Source of the DNA: a virus | DNA length: 22,749 bases | Strand: one strand, 5' to 3' | Virus genome (UHGV): UHGV-0233466 | Shown here: positions 1-6,372 of the stretch, piece by piece | How positions within the stretch are numbered: the stretch's first letter is position 1 | Layout of the letters: each line of letters opens with the position of its first letter | Program-made: the position numbers and the translations under genes | Notes under the pieces: generated by a model | What the model was told of the DNA's origin: nothing | Databases searched by the model: none | What the model saw: only the letters and a program-made list of their open reading frames with translations

Positions 1-116
1 AAACTGGACTCCACCTGATGGTTGGTGCAATGGGAATGATCGAGATTGGCACGAAAAAATGAAGGGCTATATCTGCGATTTTTTACGTAAATGCAACGGC
101 TTCAGGGGGATGTGAT

Positions 117-968
117 ATGACCAAAATTAACTATCAGGCACTGCGTGAGGCGGCAGAACGTGCAATTCCGGCAATGGAACGCCTGTTAATGTTGCCAGTT
201 GATGATGATTTGTTAAGTGAACAGGAACTTAAGGATTACGGTGTGGATATTGATGCGCTCAACGCCTTCAAATTTCTGACCGGACCAGAAACCGTGCTGG
301 CGCTGCTGGATGAACGGGAAAGAAACCAGCAATACATCAAACGCCGCGACCAGGAGAACGAGGATATTGCGCTAACGGTAGGGAAGTTGCGTGTTGAGCT
401 GGAAGCAGCAGAGAACAACCTTATTGATAGTGAATGCCATGTTGCTGAACTGGAAGAAGCGCTACGCGATAAGCAGGCGTTACTTGAAGCATCAGAAAAG
501 CGCATAGCAGAACTGGAAGCACGGGAAATAAAACCAGCCAAAGGTGAAGTTCTTGTCGTTGTTTCTGGTTTTACTGGTTGCGGAAAAAGCGCCATCGCCG
601 GGGAAATAGAAATCGCGATGAAGGCTATTGGTGTACCGGTTCAGTGGACTAATGGCGATGCGGAAAAGCGCATGACAGGAGCTGACTGGCTGACAGCGAT
701 TGAGATGTACAAACCAACAGTGCGCATCGTGGAAGTTAATGTGCCACGCGCCCTGGCATTCGCATCAAAGGAGACGCAGGAGAACAAAACGATGAAAAAC
801 CGTAAAGCAAAATTACTTCTTTTATCGCGTTCGACGGGGTACGAGAAGCTACCAATCAGCAATCACAAACGGGCGGTGATCGGCATGTTTGGTAGGGTGG
901 TATTCGCATTTAACTATAAACCCACCGCGTCGCGGAACAGACGAGAGAAGGGGTACGCAGTGCGATGA
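117..968 (+). CDS. Ea22-like coiled-coil accessory protein (283 aa); C-terminal part carries a P-loop-like GFTGCGKS motif and an odd repeat-rich 3' end
   Basis: ATG at 117 with GGGGGA 7 nt upstream; N-terminus MTKINYQALREAAERA and the heptad-rich EL/EA region recalled as typical of the prophage Ead/Ea22-like family; uninterrupted frame to TGA 966-968. Confidence 0.45.
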   Translation: MTKINYQALREAAERAIPAMERLLMLPVDDDLLSEQELKDYGVDIDALNAFKFLTGPETVLALLDERERNQQYIKRRDQENEDIALTVGKLRVELEAAENNLIDSECHVAELEEALRDKQALLEASEKRIAELEAREIKPAKGEVLVVVSGFTGCGKSAIAGEIEIAMKAIGVPVQWTNGDAEKRMTGADWLTAIEMYKPTVRIVEVNVPRALAFASKETQENKTMKNRKAKLLLLSRSTGYEKLPISNHKRAVIGMFGRVVFAFNYKPTASRNRREKGYAVR

Positions 969-1157
969 AAAACCGTAAGGCAAAGATGCTGATAGCAAAG
1001 CCCGGGCAGCGTATCCGTATCTCAAATCGGCTTGTTATTTACTATAGATATCTGGGTTTTAGGGGGTGTTCCTCTATTCGTTTTTACGGTGTCTGGCGAA
1101 ACAGAAGCGCAGCACAAAACCGCTGGAAAAACCACTTTCGCACTAAAGGAGAGTGAT

Positions 1158-1907
1158 ATGACCACTTTCACCGACAAAGAACTGATTAAAGAAATCAAAG
1201 AGCGTATCAGCAGCCTGGACGTTCGAGACAATATTGAACGCCGGGCTTATGAAATTGCACTGGCATCGCTGGAAGCAGATCCAGTTGCTTATATTTTCAA
1301 ACATCCGGCCGGGAAATTATTCTGGGCTTTGACGGATGAAAGCAATAAAGAGCAATCGGACGTTATTCCTGTTTATGCCGCCCCTCCAGTGCCAGTAGTA
1401 CCTGAAGAAAAACCAATGCCTAACCCTCTTAAAATGTACGCGGTCGATGCTGTTGCCGCTATTGCAGAGGTGAGAGGCTGGAACGCCTGCCGCGCCGCCA
1501 TGCTTCAGGCCGAACCTGTAAGTAATAGTGATGAGTTACCGCTGGACTATCTGCAAGGACACAAAGACGGCCTGGAGTGGGCTGCACAATTGGCAGAAGC
1601 CAATCATCCGCAAACAGGTGACTGGTTGTACGACGACCCAATCGATCTTGCCAGGGCGATTCGCAAAGGTCCTGATATGCCTACTGTTCAGGCTGGCAAC
1701 TATCCGGTAACTCCGGATGGTTGGATAAGCTGTAGTGAGCGAATGCCCGCTCAAGATGATTGGATTTTAATTTATTCAAAGCACGGCGAGTATATGGCAG
1801 GACAGGTACAAGGGGAATACGTGGAGTTGAGCGACGGCACTTTATCGTGGTTAGGGAACGCCTTGTACTGGATGCCTCTACCGGAACCGCCGCAGGAGGT
1901 TAATTGA
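1158..1907 (+). CDS. DUF551-domain protein (249 aa)
   Basis: ATG at 1158 preceded by AAGGAG; Trp-rich C-terminal motif (DGWISCSERMPAQDDWILIY...LYWMPLPEPP) typical of DUF551 prophage proteins; the track ORF from 1032 is an upstream extension with no SD. Confidence 0.6.
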   Translation: MTTFTDKELIKEIKERISSLDVRDNIERRAYEIALASLEADPVAYIFKHPAGKLFWALTDESNKEQSDVIPVYAAPPVPVVPEEKPMPNPLKMYAVDAVAAIAEVRGWNACRAAMLQAEPVSNSDELPLDYLQGHKDGLEWAAQLAEANHPQTGDWLYDDPIDLARAIRKGPDMPTVQAGNYPVTPDGWISCSERMPAQDDWILIYSKHGEYMAGQVQGEYVELSDGTLSWLGNALYWMPLPEPPQEVN

Positions 1908-2191
1908 TGGTCTCCTTCGCGAAATATACGATTATTGACTGGATAGCATTCATTCAGGTTTTGCTCATCTGGTTTTATATGGCTTACAGGAGTGGACAGT
2001 GGATTGTCAGTGTAGCCTGTAGCAATGGATGGCGTTGGTGGAACCGAAAGAATAAAAAAGCGCTGGCCTTGGCTTCGTTTTACGAAGCATTCAATCTTAA
2101 CAGTCTTCAGCCTGGTTCTGTCGTTGTAGTCACCACTCAAAGCGGCATGACGATACAAATTCACAAGCCAAAGGAGGAAGGTAATGGCTAA
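1907..2191 (+). CDS. small membrane protein (94 aa), one clear hydrophobic helix, Trp-rich
   Basis: ATG at 1907 overlapping the upstream stop (TGATG) with GGAGG 7 nt upstream; hydrophobic stretch YTIIDWIAFIQVLLIWFYMAY. Confidence 0.5.
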   Translation: MVSFAKYTIIDWIAFIQVLLIWFYMAYRSGQWIVSVACSNGWRWWNRKNKKALALASFYEAFNLNSLQPGSVVVVTTQSGMTIQIHKPKEEGNG

Positions 2192-2465
2192 CCTGCAACT
2201 TGCCGTTAAAGGTGAATACTTCGATGCCATGATTCGCGGAGAGAAAACGGAAGAGTATCGCCTGTGTAATGACTACTGGAATAAGCGAATTATGTTCCGC
2301 GAGTATGACCGCCTGATTATCACAAAGGGATATCCGAAGCGCGACGACTCCAGTCGCAGAATAGACGTCCCGTATGAAGGGTATGAAATCAAGACAATCA
2401 CACATCCGCACTTCGGAGATAAACCGGTAAAGGTGTTCGCGATAAAGGTGAATATTGATGGCTAA
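2184..2465 (+). CDS. ASCH-domain-like protein (93 aa)
   Basis: ATG at 2184 preceded by AAGGAGG; N-terminal pattern (KGEYFDAMIRGEKTEEYR) resembles ASCH/PUA-like fold proteins; overlaps neighbours at both ends. Confidence 0.5.
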   Translation: MANLQLAVKGEYFDAMIRGEKTEEYRLCNDYWNKRIMFREYDRLIITKGYPKRDDSSRRIDVPYEGYEIKTITHPHFGDKPVKVFAIKVNIDG

Positions 2466-2796
2466 ATCAGCAGCAGAGCGCAAAGCCGCTCAGAGAGCCA
2501 GACAAGCTGCATCTGGTGTGCGTAAGCTGGAAATTGTGCTTGATGCTCAGGAAATTGAAATGCTGGAGCGTAACTGTGCCACGCGTCGCCCCGGGCGTGC
2601 GCCTTACGAATTTGGTGAGTATATAGCGTTACTGATCCGCCAGGATGATGCACGCGTGCACGGGCGTATAAAATCGATCAGCAGAAAACGTTGCGGTAAG
2701 TGCGGCGAGAGAGTTCCTGTGAATTCATGCCCGTGTGATGGTGACTCGCAATGCTGGGTGACTAAAGGCTGGCATGAAACGAAATTAATAGTGTGA
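2458..2796 (+). CDS. Cys-rich (probable zinc-binding) small protein, 112 aa; candidate late-gene regulator
   Basis: ATG at 2458 overlapping the upstream stop; C-terminal CGKCGERVPVNSCPCDGDSQC cluster; sits directly upstream of the promoter-like/terminator pair preceding terS. Confidence 0.5.
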   Translation: MAKSAAERKAAQRARQAASGVRKLEIVLDAQEIEMLERNCATRRPGRAPYEFGEYIALLIRQDDARVHGRIKSISRKRCGKCGERVPVNSCPCDGDSQCWVTKGWHETKLIV

Positions 2797-2813
2797 CATG
2801 TCACGAGTAGATT
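2785..2813 (+). promoter_or_regulatory. sigma70-like promoter candidate (TTAATA, 17 bp, TAGATT) with the palindrome GTGACATGTCAC inside the spacer
   Basis: Hexamers at 2785-2790 and 2808-2813 with 17-bp spacing; palindrome at 2793-2804 lies between them. Confidence 0.3.
2793..2804. repeat. 12-bp perfect palindrome GTGACATGTCAC, copy 1 of 2 (14-mer TGTGACATGTCACG shared with copy 2)
   Basis: Read directly; overlaps the stop codon of the upstream CDS and sits upstream of terS. Confidence 0.85.
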
Positions 2814-2845
2814 ATGCATGATGAATTTGATGGGGTTTGAATACT

Positions 2846-2873
2846 GCCGCCAACTATGGCGGCTTTATTTTGC
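2846..2873 (+). terminator. intrinsic terminator between the accessory genes and terS
   Basis: GCCGCC-AACTAT-GGCGGC hairpin (2846-2863) followed by TTTATTTTG. Confidence 0.55.
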
Positions 2874-2917
2874 ATGATACTATTACCACAACGGTAACTA
2901 TTACCACGGTGGTTATG

Positions 2918-3511
2918 ATGCCTGCTGAACCTAAAGCCTATAAACGCAAATCAACGCAATTTAAGCCACTAACAGCAATGCAGGAGGCTTATTGCCAGTC
3001 ATACATCAAAACGCCTGAAAACCAGACTCAGGCAGCGATTAATGCAGGATTCTCCCCAAATACAGCGGCAGTTAAAGCCAGTGTCATGATGCGCGATGAA
3101 CGCATTCAAAAACGGATTGCCGAGTTGATGGAGGAGCGCAACAAACGAATGCGCGTCAGTGCTGATTACGTTCTCATGCGCCTGGTGGAGATCGACCAGA
3201 TGGACGTGATCGACATCCTCAACGACGATGGGAGCCTTAAGCCAATCCGCGAGTGGCCGAAAATCTGGCGCACTACGCTTAGTGGCTTTGATCTGTCATC
3301 GACCATCATGAACATGAACGAGGATTCGATAGAGACAATCCTCAAAAAAATTAAATGGCCTGACAAGGTGAAGAACCTCGAACTGATTGGTAAGCACGTC
3401 GACGTCAACGCATTCAAAGAACGCCTGGATGTTAATGTGAAAGTGACAATTGCTGATCGCATAGCAGCAGCCAGGAAGCGACTCAAAGAACGTCAGGATG
3501 GTAATCAGTGA
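2918..3511 (+). CDS. terminase small subunit (Terminase_2-like), about 197 aa
   Basis: ATG 2918 (or 2915) after GGTGG; motif LTAMQEAYCQSYIKTPENQTQAAINAGFS matches the conserved N-terminal helix-turn-helix of Terminase_2 small subunits; directly precedes and overlaps terL; the track start at 2837 is TTG with no SD. Confidence 0.8.
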   Translation: MPAEPKAYKRKSTQFKPLTAMQEAYCQSYIKTPENQTQAAINAGFSPNTAAVKASVMMRDERIQKRIAELMEERNKRMRVSADYVLMRLVEIDQMDVIDILNDDGSLKPIREWPKIWRTTLSGFDLSSTIMNMNEDSIETILKKIKWPDKVKNLELIGKHVDVNAFKERLDVNVKVTIADRIAAARKRLKERQDGNQ

Positions 3512-4983
3512 CAGATACAGCGTTATCTCCTGAAGAGCAGTTGATCGAGGATATTGCAGGGTTCACTCACGATCCGCTTGGCTATGCCCTCTATGCGTTC
3601 CCATGGGGGGAAGAGGGGACTGAACTGGCACATGCCACCGGCCCACGTCAGTGGCAGGCTGATGCGTTCCGAGAGATACGTGATCACCTGCAGAATCCAG
3701 AGACGCGCTATCAGCCGCTTATGCTGGCACGCGCTTCTGGTCACGGTATTGGTAAATCCGCATTCATCTCAATGCTGATCAACTGGGGCATGTCCACTTG
3801 CGAGGATTGTAAGGTCGTGGTGACCGCCAACACCGACAACCAGCTACGAACGAAGACCTGGCCGGAAATTATCAAGTGGTCGAACCTTGCTATCACGAAA
3901 GACTGGTTTACCTGTACCGCTACCGCGATGTACAGCAATGACCTAGGGCACGACAAGCGGTGGCGGGCTGACGCAATACCCTGGTCTGAGCACAACACCG
4001 AGGCATTCGCCGGACTACACAACGAGCGCAAACGCATCATCGTGGTGTTTGATGAAGCGTCGAACATTGCGGATCTGGTGTGGGAAGTTGCCGAGGGTGC
4101 GCTTACGGACGAAGACACTGAGATTATTTGGGTGGCGTTCGGAAACCCTACACGTAACACCGGGCGTTTTCGCGAATGTTTCCGCAAATATAAACACCGC
4201 TGGAAAACTGCGCAGATTGACAGCCGGACGGTGGAAGGCACTAACAAACAGCAGTTGCAGAAATGGGTTGATGACTACGGGGAAGACAGCGACTTCGTTA
4301 AAATCCGTGTGCGTGGCATATTCCCTGATGCATCTGAATTGCAGTTTATCCCTACCGGTCTTACTGACGAGGCAATGAAACGGGTGGTAACCGCTGCGCA
4401 GGTTGCACATGCTCCGGTGATAATCGGCGTTGACCCGGCATACTCCGGCGTTGATGACGCTGTGATATACCTGCGGCAGGGGCTACACAGTAAGGTGCTG
4501 TGGACTGGCAACAAGACTACCGACGATCTGATTATGGCGAAGCGTATCGCTGACTTTGAAGACCAGTATCAGGCTGACGCGGTGTTCATCGACTTCGGTT
4601 ACGGAACCGGTTTGAAGTCAATCGGTGACGGCTGGGGTCGTACATGGCAACTTGTTCCGTTCGGTGGCGCGTCTACTGACCCGCAGATGCTCAACAAGCG
4701 TGGGGAGATGTTCAATTCATGCAAGACATGGCTGAGGCTGGGCGGCATGCTGGATGACCAGGAAACAGCAGACGACCTGTCGGCGGCAGAGTACAAAGTT
4801 CGAGTGGACGGTAAAATCGTTATCGAACCGAAGGAAGATATCAAGGAGCGGCTTGGGCGTTCACCGGGTAAAGGCGATGCGCTACTGCTGACGTTTGCGT
4901 TCCCTGTGTCTAAGCGTCTGCGAATTCCCGGGCAGCAGAACCAGCAAGGCAAAGCCATCACAGACTATGATCCTTTTGCATAA
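3508..4983 (+). CDS. terminase large subunit (491 aa)
   Basis: GTG start at 3508 overlapping the terS stop, AGGATGG upstream; Walker A-like GHGIGKS near the N-terminus, acidic nuclease-domain motifs near the C-terminus (GVDPAYSGVDD); size and position. Confidence 0.85.
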   Translation: MTDTALSPEEQLIEDIAGFTHDPLGYALYAFPWGEEGTELAHATGPRQWQADAFREIRDHLQNPETRYQPLMLARASGHGIGKSAFISMLINWGMSTCEDCKVVVTANTDNQLRTKTWPEIIKWSNLAITKDWFTCTATAMYSNDLGHDKRWRADAIPWSEHNTEAFAGLHNERKRIIVVFDEASNIADLVWEVAEGALTDEDTEIIWVAFGNPTRNTGRFRECFRKYKHRWKTAQIDSRTVEGTNKQQLQKWVDDYGEDSDFVKIRVRGIFPDASELQFIPTGLTDEAMKRVVTAAQVAHAPVIIGVDPAYSGVDDAVIYLRQGLHSKVLWTGNKTTDDLIMAKRIADFEDQYQADAVFIDFGYGTGLKSIGDGWGRTWQLVPFGGASTDPQMLNKRGEMFNSCKTWLRLGGMLDDQETADDLSAAEYKVRVDGKIVIEPKEDIKERLGRSPGKGDALLLTFAFPVSKRLRIPGQQNQQGKAITDYDPFA

Positions 4984-5006
4984 AAAAGCCCGCGAATCGG
5001 CGGGCT
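4981..5006 (-). terminator. intrinsic terminator for the leftward 140-aa gene (may act in both directions)
   Basis: 7-bp stem AGCCCGC/GCGGGCT (4987-4993 / 5000-5006) with 6-nt loop; minus-strand transcript ends in UUUUUU (complement of 4982-4987). Confidence 0.55.
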
Positions 5007-5010
5007 GATT

Positions 5011-5022
5011 GTGACATGTCAC
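5011..5022. repeat. 12-bp perfect palindrome GTGACATGTCAC, copy 2 of 2
   Basis: Read directly; immediately downstream of terL and its terminator hairpin. Confidence 0.85.
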
Positions 5023-5026
5023 GGCG

Positions 5027-5449
5027 TTAGAAGGTTATTTTATCGAATGCGGCGTTGATTGCCTTGGCGTCCTGCTCAGCACCAACCACATCAAGTAAAG
5101 ATCTTTTACTAAGCACTTCAGCCAGGCATTGTAACTTCATGTTGTATAAGTTTTCGCGCATGTAATCATCATCACTTTTTTCTTTGGCGTATACAGCGCG
5201 AGAAATATCAAACACATTGCCTTTTTCCATTTCAGTTTTCTGCGCTGAAATCCAGTCATGGCAAGTAACTCCTATTCCATGGTCATCGCTAAGCGTTAAC
5301 CCGGCAAGTCGCTCACCTGGAATTGCTTCACAAAGCATTTCATTTCCTGCAAAAACACCATAAAAAATTGAATCATCACCCTGAACAATGCGTACATATT
5401 TGCACGGCCATTCATTTAGATATTTAGCTAGCATGTCGGCTGTTTTCAT
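5027..5449 (-). CDS. hypothetical protein (140 aa), orphan leftward gene inside the rightward late region
   Basis: ATG at 5449 (minus) preceded by AAGGTGA; clean 140-codon frame; lower GC than flanking terminase and portal genes; no TM segment or recognisable motif. Confidence 0.6.
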   Translation of the reverse strand: MKTADMLAKYLNEWPCKYVRIVQGDDSIFYGVFAGNEMLCEAIPGERLAGLTLSDDHGIGVTCHDWISAQKTEMEKGNVFDISRAVYAKEKSDDDYMRENLYNMKLQCLAEVLSKRSLLDVVGAEQDAKAINAAFDKITF

Positions 5450-5460
5450 GATCTCACCTT

Positions 5461-5484
5461 AAAAAAATGCCCGGCGACCCGGGC
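5461..5484 (-). terminator. intrinsic terminator on the minus strand abutting the SD of the 140-aa gene (attenuator-like)
   Basis: GCCCGG-GUCG-CCGGGC hairpin (5469-5484) followed on the minus strand by AUUUUUUU (complement of 5461-5468). Confidence 0.55.
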
Positions 5485-5560
5485 GAACTGGAAGCAATGA
5501 GTTATGCCTTCCGTGGCTGTACTGGTTTACAGCATGAAGTCATCGCAATGGCGTCCTGCT

Positions 5561-5604
5561 GTAAAAAGGGCGGTAATAGTCCTTCAAGGGAAACTATCAC
5601 CGCC
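5561..5604 (-). terminator. intrinsic terminator on the minus strand downstream of the tRNA
   Basis: 12-bp stem (5569-5580 / 5593-5604, one G-U pair) with 12-nt loop, followed on the minus strand by CUUUUUAC. Confidence 0.45.
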
Positions 5605-5647
5605 AAGCACCTGGAACTTCTGGCATCACGGTCCTTAGGCGTGATTC

Positions 5648-5724
5648 TGGCGTGGCATGCAGGATTCGAACCTGCGACCAACCGCTTAGAAGGCGGTTGC
5701 TCTGTCCAACTGAGCTAATGCCAC
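5648..5724 (-). tRNA. tRNA-Arg (anticodon TCT, decodes AGA), 77 nt with encoded CCA
   Basis: Hand-folded cloverleaf: acceptor GTGGCAT/ATGCCAC, D-arm GCTC...GAGC, anticodon stem ACCGC/GCGGT with loop CTTCTAA, T-arm GCAGG-TTCGAAT-CCTGC, discriminator G, CCA. Confidence 0.85.
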
Positions 5725-6151
5725 AACGCTGAGAGCACTTAGCCTGTTAAGGCGCCACACTTTGTCGCGGCTCCATAAATGCTCTCATCGTTGTACCCTC
5801 GTCTCTTCCGAGGCGTCACACCGAATCGCCGGGATGGTGAATCCCCGTGCGCGGAATAAAACCGCTCGACTTGCACATTCCGGCTACCTGGTTCGTTTGC
5901 CCGAGCAAGGGAGGGTGCCCCTTAAACGTATCCAGACCGCTATCGGCGCATGTGCCATACGCCGTACTGCTCAAAATAAAAGCTCACTCCACCTGTTCAA
6001 TTTAACGACAAGCCAGTCAGGTTAATAACCGGAATGAACCATTTGCTTACCTGAAAGGTAATAATTAGTGCGTTAAATGTCAACTATCTACGATAAATAA
6101 ATCATATGTGGTTAAATTGGTAATAATTTAATTTCGTACGGAGTCATTGAT

Positions 6152-6358
6152 ATGTGCATGGGTAGCTCACCGTCAGTGCCTGCAACACCAGAAGTTCAGG
6201 CAGCACCACAGGAGCAGGATGCCGCCGTTGTTGATGCCCGCGACGAAGAAACTCGTCGCCGTCGCGCTGCTGCTGGTCGTAGTTCTACGCTGCTTACCGG
6301 TTCTCAGGGTGACACATCAACCGCTAATACCAGCGGTAAAACGCTGCTTGGTCAGTAA
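6152..6358 (+). CDS. small virion protein resembling T7 gp6.7 (68 aa)
   Basis: ATG 6152 with GGAG 8 nt upstream; N-terminal MC... and Ala/Gln/Glu/Thr-rich composition recalled as similar to T7 gp6.7; immediately upstream of the portal gene; the overlapping 6147 frame has a TTG start and no SD. Confidence 0.45.
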   Translation: MCMGSSPSVPATPEVQAAPQEQDAAVVDARDEETRRRRAAAGRSSTLLTGSQGDTSTANTSGKTLLGQ

Positions 6359-6372
6359 CCGGAGTCATTGAA

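Noticed and set aside
965-1156. 63-aa ORF and the 1032 upstream extension of the DUF551 gene
   Set aside because: The start at 965 is only a frame-shifted copy of the 22-bp direct repeat; the 1032 start lacks an SD, whereas ATG 1158 has AAGGAG.
2792-2805. Palindrome as a CRP site
   Set aside because: TGTGA and TCACA halves are separated by 4 bp, not the 6 bp of the CRP consensus.
3741-4410. Minus-strand ORFs of 168 and 131 aa inside terL
   Set aside because: Antisense frames within a confidently called gene; Ser/Arg-rich low-complexity translations typical of spurious ORFs.
5648-5724. tRNA as a prophage attachment site or genome end
   Set aside because: The tRNA is complete, no integrase gene is adjacent, and it lies inside the late region; att status cannot be inferred.
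5870-5895. Short match to a 16S rRNA 5' signature (GCAAGTCGAGCGG on the minus strand)
   Set aside because: Only about 13 nt with no extended rRNA-like context; treated as chance.
5762-6025. 87-aa + strand ORF in the long noncoding region
   Set aside because: No SD, Arg/Ser-rich composition, and it overlaps the GC-rich structured segment; the region is flagged as noncoding instead.
6147-6371. 74-aa alternative frame overlapping the gp6.7-like gene
   Set aside because: TTG start only 3 nt after the SD; the ATG 6152 frame has proper spacing and a more protein-like composition.
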